Shown: one piece after another, positions 1 to 12,029 of the stretch
Layout of the letters: each line of letters begins with the position of its first letter
Position numbering within the stretch: the stretch's first letter is position 1
Source: Camelus ferus
Lineage: Eukaryota
Assembly (NCBI RefSeq): GCF_009834535.1
Contig: NC_045705.1
Location: 13,020,001 to 13,084,000, forward strand
Direction of reading: 5' to 3'
DNA: 64,000 nt
The notes under the pieces: generated by a model
The model's input: only the letters and a program-made list of their open reading frames with translations
Databases searched by the model: none
What the model was told of the DNA's origin: nothing
Program-made: the position numbers and the translations under genes

Positions 1-277
1 TAATAAATGTCTAGCTTAAAGAAAAGATTTTATAGGAAACTTCACACATTTGAAGAGCAGTCATGTGGACAAGAAAAAATACAATTTGTTCCATCCATCT
101 TTAAAGGATGCAGCTGGGACCAATGATCGGAAATTATAAGAGGCAGATTGCAGTTTTATAGCTGTTTTTTTCCCCCAGCCACCAAAGCTAGCAAAGCTAA
201 AAGCTGGCCTGTGGTGGTGTGATTTCTTCATCCCTAGAGGTATTTACATAGAGGTTGGGTCACTTTTTCTTGAAAGT

Positions 278-446
278 GGTAGTTTTCAAATTTGAGGGTG
301 GGAGAGTTTCACTTGTACTGCTTGCTGAAGACATACTTCTGGGCATGGCATCTGGAGTTTCTGATTCAGTAAATCATTTGTGGGTGTAGGAATCTCTGGT
401 TTTTACTGAGTGAGCTAGAAGGTTCTGATGTAGGTGAGAAACACTA
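278..446 (+). mobile_element. MER5A-like hAT-Charlie non-autonomous DNA transposon, degraded
   Basis: Starts gtagttttcaaatttgag, has core ggagtttctgattcagta and ends tgagaaacact, resembling the recalled MER5A consensus. Confidence 0.7.
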
Positions 447-629
447 AAGACTATAAACAGGATTTCTTCTTTTAGAGAAGTTAAATTACACGACAAAGTG
501 ACCCGTCAGCTTTTACGTGCAGACCATGTTGAGCTCTCTCTCTGCAGAGTTTCTATTTTTCTTACAGTCTTTATCACACAATCTAACACTTAGTTAAATT
601 TTGATATTTTGTCTTCTCCTTCTAATTAA

Positions 630-760
630 CTCCCTCATCCAATCAATATTTTCAAAGCAGCTGCTATGTGCCAAGCACTGTTACAGGCACTGAGGAGACA
701 GCAGAACAAAGCACCCTGCCTTGGCGGAGCTGATGATCTAGCGAAGGGAGTTAAAGAGAT
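630..760 (-). mobile_element. L2 (LINE-2) 3' end fragment
   Basis: caatcaatatttt...ctatgtgccaagcactgttacaggcactgagg...ccctgccttggcggagctgatgatctag is the reverse complement of the L2 3' terminus. Confidence 0.8.
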
Positions 761-1221
761 AAGCAAAAGAAGTTATTTTCTAAATGTGTCCTCCATGCAA
801 TCACACATGAACTCTTTTGGGGAAGGACTCTGCCTTATCTAGCATTTCATACAATGTCTAGACCAATGTGATGCAAGACTAGGTCCTCAAAAGTATATTT
901 GAAAGAAGCAATGAAACATTAAAATCAGAAGCAATTCGAAGAAAAAGTACAAAAACTTATATTTTTCTACCACATATCCGTCTAATTTCACTGGTTTAAC
1001 TGAGGATTGTTTTGTGCTTTAAGATGCATAATTTTTGTGAGGCATTGGATTTTTGTCTACATTAATAGAAAGAGTAGCCAGAAAAAGTGACACAAGCTTC
1101 TCAAGTTTTGGGAGGTCACAGGCTTGAATAGTGAAAAACTGAAAAGCATCTTGGAAAAAATAAAGATGATGAGGGGGCTTGATATGCTATGGTGTGGGGT
1201 CCAGCAAACATAAAGTGTATA

Positions 1222-1223
1222 TA

Positions 1224-1254
<31 letters not shown>
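1222..1254. repeat. Compound (TG)n(TA)n microsatellite
   Basis: Directly visible. Confidence 0.95.
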
Positions 1255-1552
1255 TTGAATAAACGTCTTTTAAGGTCCTTTTCAACCAGGAGATTCTAGA
1301 GCAGGGCACAAAATAAGATCTGGCTGACACATAGGCACAGGTTAATGAAAGCGTAGCAATTGCCCAGGTTAAATTTTATCATGATAAATCAATTACTGGA
1401 TGAAAAGCCAGCTCTGCTAAATCTTAGTTATACATAGTAATAAGCAGGTTTAAAATAACCCAAAATTAAAAACAAGTTAAATACCAGTTCTGTTCTCAGT
1501 GAATTTGATTTATAGAAGACTTTAAGAGCATTATCTGGTAACTGTTAATCCC

Positions 1553-1718
1553 AAAAGCTACTATACACAAAGTAGATAAGAAATGAGGATTTACTGTACT
1601 GCACAGTAATAACCTACAATGGAATATAATCTGAAAAAAACCTCACAAATCACTATGCTGCACATCTGAAATTAACACAATATTGTAAATCAACTACACT
1701 TCAATTTAAAAAAAAAAG
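1553..1718 (+). mobile_element. 5'-truncated L1 3' end of the younger cetartiodactyl type, with poly(A)
   Basis: gatttactgtactgcacag...aatcactatgctgcacatctgaaattaacacaatattgtaaatcaactacacttcaattt followed by an A-run; typical artiodactyl L1 3' UTR. Confidence 0.85.
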
Positions 1719-2538
1719 GAGTATATCTGGCAAACATACTTACACAAAAAATATGACCAGGTTGGTCATTTGAAAATTAAGTGAATGTCTCCCAATTACA
1801 CAGATTAAAGAGTCCAGAGTCCCTCCTCCCTTTTAAAATTCAAGGGATTTCACATTTCTGAGTCTCCTCCGGACTTTTTATAGAATTCTTTTCTGTGTCT
1901 TCTGATGTTTTGCATTTGTATCACTTTAAGTGCTTAAAACAACAGCCCTCCAAGATGGATGTGCAGATCCATAAAATTAATAAACACTATGATTTATTCA
2001 GTGTCTATTGCTCGACTGATGAAAATGAGAACCAGACAGTGTCTGAAGGATGAACACAAGGAGCTAAACGGCTTAAAATTGGTGGCTACCTTTAACATGC
2101 TACCCATGTGTGCCAAAGAAGCAAATCCTCAATCAGCCCCAGCTCGGTCTCCGCCTCCCAGCGGAGGGTCAAAAGGGGTGAGTGATTCTAATCAATATCC
2201 AGTTGTGAGAGTAACAGCCATGTCGGTTCTGGATGGCCGACTGGGCGACAACATGTTTGTTCTACTTAATGTGACAATGTCCTGTCAAATTAACAGCCAC
2301 GGTGGCAGGGGCAAGCTTGCTTAATGGGTTGGAGTCGGTTCCTCAGAGAATTTGTCATCAACGCAGAACCGAGAGGAACCCCAAAGCTCCTCACCAGGGT
2401 TTATTTGTAGATAAAAACCGAAGGCATGCCCTGTTCTTACAACAGGGTCTGTTTGCTCTTTAGCCACTCAGTTCCGTGTTCTTTATCAAACCCTGCCCTC
2501 TTCACTCCCACAAATTCTGCGGGGTCATTCTTGGTCTG

Positions 2539-2572
2539 TGTTTACATACACCCGGTGACGTGGACTATTTAA
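2539..2572 (+). promoter_or_regulatory. Candidate core promoter: FOX site TGTTTAC (2539-2545), CACCC (2549-2553), CRE/UPRE-type TGACGTGG (2556-2563), TATA-like TATTTAA (2566-2572)
   Basis: Four motifs within 34 bp of non-repetitive, locally CpG-enriched sequence. A good donor (CGG|GTGAGC) lies about 165 bp downstream. Confidence 0.45.
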
Positions 2573-2712
2573 GGAACTGCGCTGAGATGAGTTAGCAAGA
2601 GAAAATGATGACTGGAAATAACCAAGCAGTGGATGAAGAGGGCAGGAATGGGGGAACTACTCATAGTTGCTCCAACTCTGCTCGTCATTGTGACTCCTTT
2701 AAATGCAGCTTT

Positions 2713-2733
2713 CCTCCTCCTCCTCCTCCTCCT
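2713..2733 (+). repeat. (CCT)7 trinucleotide repeat
   Basis: Directly visible. Confidence 0.95.
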
Positions 2734-3183
2734 CGGGTGAGCCAGGACCGCAAACTGTTTGCCAGATTCCTCCCACCGCTAGGTTGTGTTTGGCCCCTAT
2801 AGTACGAAAAGTAAAATATTCAGTATTCTCTATCATTCAGACATAAGAAAATTTCACTTACAATTCTAGATGTCTCCTTTGAATAATAATAATAATAACA
2901 AAAATACCAGAATCATTGGCAACATAAGCCAGCTTTTTCACATGACAGTAGTTGTTGGAACTGCGTGATCGCCTGTCCCGTTTAGGGCTGAGTGCTCTCC
3001 GTGGTGCCCACTGGGCCTGGTTTATTTATTTATGTGACCTTTTCCACCCCTGGCAGAAAGGCTAAATCTTGATTTTAATCATCATGCTCATGGACAAAAG
3101 ATAAAATGTTATGCCTTTACCATTCATGGATATTGTTAAGACTCTCTTGGGACCACCCTTTCGCCAGCCCTCCACTCCTCCCC

Positions 3184-3199
3184 CAGCGCCTCCTAGTGG
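3184..3199 (-). promoter_or_regulatory. CTCF binding motif, reverse orientation
   Basis: Minus strand reads CCACTAGGAGGCGCTG, a near-consensus match to CCASYAGRKGGCRS with an intact CpG, in unique sequence. Confidence 0.65.
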
Positions 3200-5089
3200 C
3201 CTGAACCAGTGGAAGCCAACAGACAGCGGAGCCTGGCAGAGGCCAGCCCGTCCCAGGAGAGCACAAGAATGGCAAGGAGAAGATCGGAGGGCAAACCGAT
3301 TTAGGAAGAAGTCCGGGAGCGAGAAAACATGGTTTCTAACTGACTAATTAACTGTGCTCTTGCAAAAGTGCTTGACTCAACGTGGTCCTCAGAATTCTCC
3401 ATCTGTACAGTGAAGACTTGGGCGAGGTGATCCTGGGAGGCCCGTAAAGCCCATGATTCTATGGCGGAGGGGTCGGTACAGGCTTGATCTCTTCGTCTGT
3501 TTATACCTGTTAGGGCTCTCATGCGACATGTGCCTGCCCATCTTGGAGGACAGGAAGGCAGCCACAAAGCTTATTGTTGGGAGACACAGAGTCGTTTCAA
3601 GGGAGGCAGACAATGCGGCTTCCCAGATATAAAGCCTGACAGCAACAATAAAAAACAATTCTGGGCAGCACTGTTAAACAAATAAAAATTAAAGGCCTGA
3701 AGGAAATATACAAATGGCCACTTTAACTAGAGAGTTGCTTGTAAGAGCCTGCAACAGTACAATCCTGGCCTTGGGGCTGGCTTTAGGGCAGAGAGTCTCA
3801 GCCTGCAGTGAGGTGACTTGAGCTGCTTTGTATTCCTCAGGAAGCCAGAGATGGCCTTCCAAAGTTGGGGGGGGGGGGGCAAAACTAACAGCAACATACT
3901 ATTTTCATCATTTAGATCACAAATGATATTCTCAGAATGACTGGCTCAAATTTCAGAAGGAATTCTAGAGGTGAATTCAGAATGAGATCCAAACTTGCAA
4001 GTTCCATGTAAATCATAATTCATTTCTCTTTTGGTTGTGAACTGACTGTTGACATTGAAGTACAGACATTTGATGGTGAATTCTTTTCTCTTTGTATAAA
4101 AGGAACTACTTAATGAATCAGGGAAAATGGCAGCAGCTTTTATATCTTCGTTTGCTTAAAATGAAGCAAAAAAAATCTCATTTTACCTTATTAAATGTCT
4201 AATAACCCAATAATGACAAAAATCTAAACCTACACTCCTAAGGATTTTTAAAAGTGCACTAAATTTGTTTAAGGGTACAATGATATTTTAAATAAAAGTG
4301 AACACATGCTTTAAAATATATCAGTTGTGGAGCCAACTAAGACCTCGATAATATAGTAATTTTTATCTCTGAAAATGGGGAACATGAAGAAACATCCAGA
4401 ATCTTTCGTTTTTACCTCATGGAACAGAAGAGAGAGACTGAGGCTGCTTACTGGCAGGTAATGATAGCCTGGACACTGACATTCTTCCAGACATTAAGTC
4501 ATTTGCAATTTCTCTTTGACAGGTATACAGCCTCCAGAATTAATTATAGGAGCTAGTCTTGATTCACCCAAGATCACCCAGCAGCTGCAAGAACATCTGT
4601 TAAAATTTTGGTGATGAATCAAGTTTGCTTGTTAAAATGTCCAGCAAATAGCAGGATAAACATGATAATATATTCAATTTTAAACATAAAAATACAGCTG
4701 ACCTCATCGCTATTAATAAGGAAACAAAAGAGAAACTAAAAATATTAGAATGTGCACAAGAACCTGATTTTAATTCATGGGTTTTTTTTTTTTTTTTTCA
4801 GTAAAATCTTGGATTAAGCAGAAGAGTTGAGGGAGAGAAATATCAAGTAAAGTTTTGATTTAGCTGGAAAACAAGCTGTTTTTTCTTATATATGTAGTTC
4901 TACTGTTGAAAAATCTTCCTCAAGGAATGATCCTCCTGTCTTAAATTCAACTGGCCTTTTATTGGATACATAACTTGTGCCGGCCATGACAGTAGGAGGC
5001 TAAGGACCCTAACCTAGATGAGTAATCCCCCTTCCTCTCAAGGAGTTCTTAGGCTTAATGAGCAGAGTATGTAAACTTAAGTGAGATGT

Positions 5090-5290
5090 TTAAAAAATAT
5101 GTGTTTATTTCCAGAACCCTTCAGAGTTTGAGTTTCAGTTTTTATTGCCTCAGGCTGGAAATGGACCTAGAAAACAACGGAGGAAGTATCACTGGATTTG
5201 AAGGCAAAGGTCTTAAGGATGAAATGAAATAATTACGTGCAAATGCCCTTAGCACTATGTATGCTACTTTACAAATGTTGGCAACATGCA
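5090..5290 (+). mobile_element. MIR SINE, degraded
   Basis: ttcagagtttgagtttcagttttt...gatgaaatgaaataattacgtgcaaatgcccttagcactatg matches the MIR core and 3' end. Confidence 0.65.
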
Positions 5291-6339
5291 TCTCTATTTA
5301 TTATTGTATCAAAGATATATGGTGCACATTATTTTATTGATTAACTTCCTGATAAGAGCTTGGCAATGGTGGGGGGAGTTGGATGTCACCAATTCTTTTG
5401 TTAGTTAACCCAACCCAACATGTGTCGTGTGTATGCCAGAAAAAGACTGAGCCATTTAAATTGAATCATATGAACCAGGTTGCTCAGGGAACACATAGGA
5501 AGGGCATCAAAATCAAATTTTGGGTGCCAGGAACTGATTCTTTAAAGAAACTAATATTTGAAGAATAATGTGAAAGAGTATTTTTAGACAAATTTTTGCA
5601 ATTTAGAACAGTTGTTTCTATGTGATGAATGAAGAACCTATTAGTTCAGAAACTATGACAGCAGTCAAATTTCTAAGCTAGGTAACAAACTGCAATTATT
5701 CAAAAACAGGAGAGAGTCCTTCCTTTATATAAACATTTTATCAAAAACTGCTGAATGAACTTACAGTCTATTGAGGAAGATAGGTTTAAAATATTGGTTT
5801 GAAATAGAATAAGTACCCAAAAGTGCTCTACAGATGATATAAAGTAAGGAACAACTGTTTTTACAATATGTTAAGGATTTACAGGCAACTTCATGGTTAT
5901 TAAACAAACTATGGAAGATAAGTCATGACAGTTTAACACTCTCATTCTCCATTCTGCTCTTGATATTTGAAAGCTACCTTGAAGCAAAATTGTTTGTATG
6001 CTCAGAAATTTGGGTTTTGAGATACTGATTTTCTCATTGACTTTTCCATCTGTCTTTCATTAATTCTTTGACACCACAGCTTTTTGCCCATATTCTTGCT
6101 TATGGGCACTTATAACCCTAAGAAGGATGTATATTCCCCAGTCATAATTGTATAACTTAGAATCTTCAAAATTGAGGTGACAATCTTAGCTCCCAAAAGG
6201 CTGAGGGGGCTAGGGAATATTTGAGGTGCTCATGGCCATGGGTGTCATAAAAAATTTATAACTTCAGAAAGAATGAGCAGCAAAAATTGCATTCCTACTA
6301 TATCTCTCAAAGAAAGGATGTTGTGATTCTGTGTAAATT

Positions 6340-6620
6340 TTGGTTTAAACCCTACTGTGGCCTAGAAAACTCTACATGACCCTACTCCTGTCTACCTTTT
6401 GATCTTTTCCCATCCTATTCTTCCCTTTATTCACTTGAGAGTGGCCACACACTTTCTTCTGTCTCTCAAAAAAAAAAAAAAAACTGAAAATTATTTCTTT
6501 CCTCCTTATGGTTTTTTTCTTGCTGTTTCCACATCCTCCAGATCTTTGGGCAGTTGACTCCTTCTCATCATTAAGTTTTCAGCTCAAATGCCAACTTTTC
6601 ACAAAAGTCTTACCTGACCA
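6340..6620 (+). mobile_element. L2 fragment; probable continuation at ~7110-7190 beyond the LTR
   Basis: ttcagctcaaatgccaacttttcacaaaagtcttacctgacc resembles the L2 3' region. Confidence 0.65.
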
Positions 6621-6629
6621 TCCAGCCTT

Positions 6630-6990
6630 CTGTATCATTTGCTTTCACATACAAGTTAAAAAAATGTGGCTCAAACCCACTTAAATAATAGGAGACGTTA
6701 GATTTCATGAGAGGAGGTCCCGAGTCGGGTGAGTTTCAGGCTTAATACTTCAACAGGTTCTTTCCTTTTCTCCACTCCAGCCTCCATCGTGTCACCTTCC
6801 TTCTAAAACTGGTTCCCTCCATGATTGTAAAATGGTTCTCAGGAAACCTGAGCTATAGGCTCTTTGTTGATACCACACAACTGAAGATGAGAAAAACTTT
6901 CTCAGACACCTCCAGCAAACCTGATAAACATTTCATTGGCTGGAACTGTGTCACATGATTATGCTTGGACTAATTGTGAATAAAGTATAA
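6630..6990 (-). mobile_element. Old MaLR solo LTR (MLT1K/L-like)
   Basis: tgtatcatttgctttcacatac...cattggctggaactgtgtcacatg matches recalled old MLT1 features in reverse orientation. Confidence 0.6.
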
Positions 6991-7249
6991 AGCAGATAGA
7001 ATTTATTCACAATAATAAAAATCATCACTCTTTGAGTTAAGGTCTATTCCTCAACTCAAACTATGCAAAATAACTTAATAAAATAAAAAGAAAAAAAAGC
7101 AAAGACTTTGATTTTTTCTTTACCACTGTATCTTCAGTACACATGGAAAGCACACATTAATGTTTAGTAGAATAACTGAATGAAAGAGGGAAAGACTCAG
7201 AACACTTGTTTAGTTGTCGTTGGTGGTGGTGATCATTTGTTTATTTTTT

Positions 7250-7430
7250 AATCAGGGTTCCTCTTCAATCATTATGTGATCTTGGAAGAGAGTCACTGAA
7301 TTCCTTCTAAGTCTTGATTTCCTCATCAGTCAAGCTGGGGAGAGCTGCTGAGGATAAAGTATTGTAGGGAAGCTTAAGTGAGATGATGAAGGCACTCTGG
7401 GGAATGAAAACGCTATACAAATGTATATCA
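7250..7430 (+). mobile_element. MIR SINE
   Basis: tgtgatcttggaagagagtcactgaattcc...gatttcctcatcagtcaagctgggg matches the MIR core. Confidence 0.7.
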
Positions 7431-8179
7431 CGGTGCTGGACATTGTTCAGAAATCAGTAGTTGTACTCCTGCAGCAAAGATGGGAACAGGAACAAGATGA
7501 GATTGTCAATTTGGCCTCCAAATGGGGAAACCTAATTCTGACATTTTTTGGCCTATATTGAAGATTTCAAGCTGACAAAACACCATTTTTTTAAGTTTCA
7601 TATTTCACTATAAGAAATGGAGATAGAGAATCAGCTGAATAAACAGTTACAGAGATCTAAGCCCAGAGATCACTAACATTTCAAGATGTTGCGTTAAGTA
7701 AATATGAGTTGGAATGGGCTTTTTGTAAGCAGGTACGGGATTCAAAACCTATGTCAGATTACTTGTCTCTTTCTCCTCCCAGTCTCAGCTGAGAGGGAGT
7801 GAAGACAGTTTCTTGCCTTGATATAGTGAAAATAGATCACTGCATCAGAGCTTAGGAAACTTGGATTATAATTCCAGCTGCTCACTAATTACTTAAGTAA
7901 CCTTGGATTAACTCAAATATCTGTTTTCCCTTTGTAAAATGAAATAATTGTTTGAGATAAGATTCTATTCTCTAAAACTGCATGATCCCTAAGAGGAAAT
8001 AGTGAGTTTGAATCCCAGACAACATTCCATGATGACTCAGCTTCCTGAGTCCCTCATTCTACCAGTATCTACCTTCACACATACTTCTACAAAATGCTTT
8101 TATTCTAATTTTAAAAGATCACTTTGGGGAGTCATCTTGTAGGCTCATTTAGGTCATTCTTGTTATCCATCAGGATGAC

Positions 8180-8400
8180 ACTAATAATAGCTACTATTAT
8201 TTAGTATGAACTACTTCATACTACATGCTGGACATTATTCTAAGAACTTTAATGTATTCACTCATTCAATCCTCATAACAGCTTTGTGAGATAGATGTTA
8301 TTGTAATACTTATTTTATATATGAGGAAACTTAGGCAAAGTATGTCCAAACTCGTACTACTATTAAATGCCAAAGTAGCAATTCAGATGTGAACTGTTTA
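8180..8400 (-). mobile_element. MIR SINE
   Basis: cattcaatcctcataacagctttgtgagatagatg...ttttatatatgaggaaacttaggc is the reverse-complement MIR core. Confidence 0.8.
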
Positions 8401-9184
8401 ATAACCCCACATATGTATGCTAAAGTGATAAACTATACTGAGTATGGAGAGCAGGGGAAAAGCTAGCAGGAAGAGACCTGCAGCTAGAAAGCACCATGCC
8501 TGGCTCCCAGAGCGTTATGTCAGGTACACAGGACGGGTGAACTATTCAAACAATTGAGGAGAAGAACCAAAAGTTTAAGTTCTTTCCCACCAGCCAGTGT
8601 GCTCTCAAAATTTTGTCTTCGGGGTTGCCTGCCAAAAATGTGACTTTAAATATAAAACCAACAAAATGAAATCATTTCTTGGAGAACATTTCTGTGGTTG
8701 ACTGTGGAATGCCAAGTTAAGAATATCTGCCTTATATTTTCAAGCACATGTGTTGTAGTAATTTTATGGGGTAATGAGTTGGCTTCCATTAAAGATATTT
8801 TATTTTTACAGGGGCTGGGGCTGGAGAAACATTATGTAGCAGGCAGTGAAATATCTTACTTTTGCAGATTACTTTAGCTAATCACCTGCAGGTGAATTTT
8901 CTAAGACCTCTGACTTCAACCATCTGACTGCTATGGATTTCAGTGAGGTTTGACTGAAGACTTGGACATGATGGCAAAGGACCTAGTGGTGAGGAATGGA
9001 GGAGATTGAGGTATGAAGGAACTGATCAGAGTGTAATGGAAGAAATATGGGACTTTCATCTCAGTTTTAAAGCTTGAATGGTACTTGAGGTCTATTTATT
9101 TGATTCAGTTAAAAAATAATTCAAAATGCGGTAATTGCAAATAATTTGTAAAAGCTAGCATAGTCGTCACTTCCCAGTTTATCA

Positions 9185-9545
9185 CATGGTAGATGTTGCT
9201 AATTATCTATCCAATTTCCATTCTTTCCTTCTTTATTAACAAAAGTCAAGTTTTGCTACTAAATATTCTATTCCCTAGAATATCTTGTATCTAGTGGTGA
9301 CGAGGTGACACTGTTCTTACCAAAGAGATAGAGTTGGCAGTTGGCTGGGGATTTCTAGGAAAGATGCTTCTTCTCAATCCTCCTAAATGGTGGCCAAGAA
9401 AATCAACAGCCATTTAGTAACTATGAAGCAAGAGAAATTAGTTGTGATGGTTGCACAGAAAGAAAGACTTAGATTCCTAATTCTGTGTGAAGCCGATTCA
9501 GCTACCCTGACTGCTTAGACAGAACATTCCTGTCTTTTAAAAAAG
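9185..9545 (+). mobile_element. MaLR solo LTR (MLT1J-like)
   Basis: tggtagatgttgctaattatctatccaatttccattc...tctagtggtgacgaggtgacactgttcttaccaaagagat matches the recalled MLT1J 5' half. Confidence 0.7.
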
Positions 9546-9786
9546 AATGCTATCTTTTGATGTGTAAGTACTTGCCCAGTTTTGAGGCTGAGGGAAATAC
9601 TCTCACCGTGCTTCTCCTCTTACCCACGCCCTGACAGTGGCCCCAGCTTTCAGGGCTGACATATTCCTACCCAGTGGTGACAGTGCCACAGAGGGAGGGG
9701 ATCACATGCCATTCCTTCCAAAGTAACTGTTATTCTTGAATGGGGTGAACTATTCTTGGTGTTCTCTGAGAAAAAAAAAAGGGGGG

Positions 9787-10395
9787 GGTTGTGAAGTATG
9801 GAGGTTTTTCAAAAAACTAAAAGTAGAACTACCCTATGACCCAGCAATTCCATTCCTCGGTACATACCTGAAAAAAAAAAGTACTAATTCGAAAAGATAC
9901 ATGCATCCCAATGTTTATAGCAGTTTTATTTACAGTTGCCAAGATACAAACAGAAGCAACCTAAGTGACCATCGACAGATGAATGGATAAAGAAGATGTG
10001 GTACATATATACAATGGAATACTTCTCAGTCATACAAAAGAATGAAATTTTGCCATTGGCAGCAACATGGATGGACTTGGAGGGCATCATGCCAAGTGAA
10101 ATAAATCAGATAGAGAAGGAAAAATACTGTATGATATCACTTATATATAGAATCTAAAAAAACTGCAACAGACTAGTGAATGTAACAAAAAGAAGCAGAC
10201 TCACAGATACAGAGAGCAAATAGTGGTTACCAGTGTAAGGAGTGGAGAGGACCAATACAGGGGTGGGGGATCCAAAATAGTGAGTGTAAGATAGACTCAA
10301 GGATATATGGTACAACATGAGGAATATAGCCAATATTTTATAATGTAAATGGAAAGTAACCTTTAAAAATTGTATAGAAATTAAAAATAAATAAA
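9787..10395 (+). mobile_element. L1 fragment: ORF2 C-terminus plus 3' UTR with A-rich tail
   Basis: ORF 9736..9990 contains KLKVELPYDPAIPFLGTY, the L1 ORF2 C-terminal motif (ELPYDPAIPLLGIYP). L1 3' UTR follows and ends aaaaataaataaaa. Confidence 0.92.
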
Positions 10396-10869
10396 GGAAA
10401 GGCATTGTGGTCCAAGATGTGATAAGTTGAAAAATTTTTGTTGAATTTCAGCATAATAAACATATTAGTCTGTGGAGTAAAATAATGTAATGAACATTCT
10501 ACCAGGAAAGGCAAGTGAACAGGAAAGAGCCGAGTGCCTGATTCTTGCCCCATAGTGGGCCATCAGAAAAGTCACCCAAGACTTACCAAGGCCCTTCTGA
10601 CAGAGAAAAATCTGCAAAAGACTGGTGGCAGCATTCAGTGTTCTGGGACTGAAATGCAGCCCAATTGGGCAGAATCTGAGGCTGATTACCAACAGAACCT
10701 GAGATATTTGGTGGATAAGTGCTATTAAGGAAATTTGAAAGAACTTTGAAGAGAGTTCAGATTACCAGAGAATTGAATGGGTACAGTTCACATAGTTCAT
10801 CTGCTGTCAGAGAGAAGGGACAAGCTTGAGGCTGAAAGCTTTCACGTCAAGGGTGGCAGATTGAAAAAA

Positions 10870-11006
10870 TCTTAGATGGCATCATTACATTGCAACAAAC
10901 TGGCCTTGGGTTTCCTTTTGCATGAGCTAAATACATCCCCTACTTACTAAAGCCACTGCTTATTGGGTTTTCTATTATTTGCAGCTGAACTCATTTCACA
11001 CTGACA
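10870..11006 (+). mobile_element. MLT1J-like LTR 3' end
   Basis: aaagccactgcttattgggttttctattatttgcagctgaac...tgaca is a typical MLT1 terminus. Confidence 0.7.
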
Positions 11007-11250
11007 TATCCCCTCTTTTCCTCCCTCCTCAAAATAACCCACTGGGTGAGTGCTCTGTATATAATTGATAAGGCAGAGAAGATACCTGAGTGGCAGACCT
11101 CATGATAGAGGAGTTTGACTACGATGATTTTGGCTTCTGTAATCTCTACTCTGGGTTTATGTTTGGTTTTATTTTTGTCCAGTAATGTTTAGGCACATTA
11201 TATTTGTATGAGTTCCATGAATACCAGTTTCTTTACAATTTGAGGTGGGT

Positions 11251-11300
11251 TGAGATCTTCCAAGGAAAGGTGGGCTGAGATCTTCCAAGGAAAGGTGGGC
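11251..11300. repeat. Perfect 25-bp tandem duplication (tgagatcttccaaggaaaggtgggc x2)
   Basis: 11251-11275 and 11276-11300 are identical. Confidence 0.97.
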
Positions 11301-12029
11301 ATTTTTATTTTCTAAAGGCAGCTTGAGCAATGTAGGATGGCATGCAGAGTAGAAGGTGAAGTAAAGAGAGGAAATCGGTGGAGTGAGGGCCTAAGGTGTG
11401 CCGTGTCATGGTACAAGTCATTATGTCATCTTGTTTAGTCCTGAAGAACTGTACTTCAGGCATACTTTGTTAAAAATGATTGGACAGACTCAGAAGTCTG
11501 AAACTCAAAGGGTAAAATATCTTGCTATTATGTGGCAGAACCAGATTCCTTATCCAGATATTGACTCAGCACCTAGATTTTTCTGGGACCTTTGCCCATT
11601 AAGGAGATGGCACCTTTAGTATCCTGGACAGTTATTAAGCCTGCCTGTTGCTCTGAATGGAGACTCTATTTCTGTCTTCCAAGGCCTTCTGCTATACAGA
11701 CATCCTTGAAAAGAATGTGTGGAACTAGGGCTGTCAGTGCCTCTGCTTGCAAGCAGAGGGTAAATAAGAGCAGCCCATGGAGAATTCTCTCCCAACAGCA
11801 TTAGCCTCTGTCGTCCCCCCCACCCCATCTCTCTGGCACCCCTCACCACAGTTCTATGCCTAAGTGCCTCTTTATCTTAGGGACCTGGGGGTTTTCACCT
11901 CTTTTTTTCCCTCCTATCACAGAAGGAAAGTTTTAAAAACTCATTTTAGGCAATAAAATATTTGGAATGTATCCCAAAGGGTTTTCATGTGGTCTTTTCA
12001 GGCAACCAAAGTGTAAGAATTAATCCATT

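Noticed and set aside
3867-3879. Poly(G) run as a G-quadruplex element
   Set aside because: An isolated homopolymer of unreliable length in a short-read assembly, with no supporting context.
4522-4608. Plus-strand exon candidate (ttgacag|GTATAC...TTTTG|gtgatg) encoding IQPPELIIGASLDSPKITQQLQEHLLKF
   Set aside because: The donor is weak, I do not recognise the peptide, and one open frame over ~87 nt is expected by chance.
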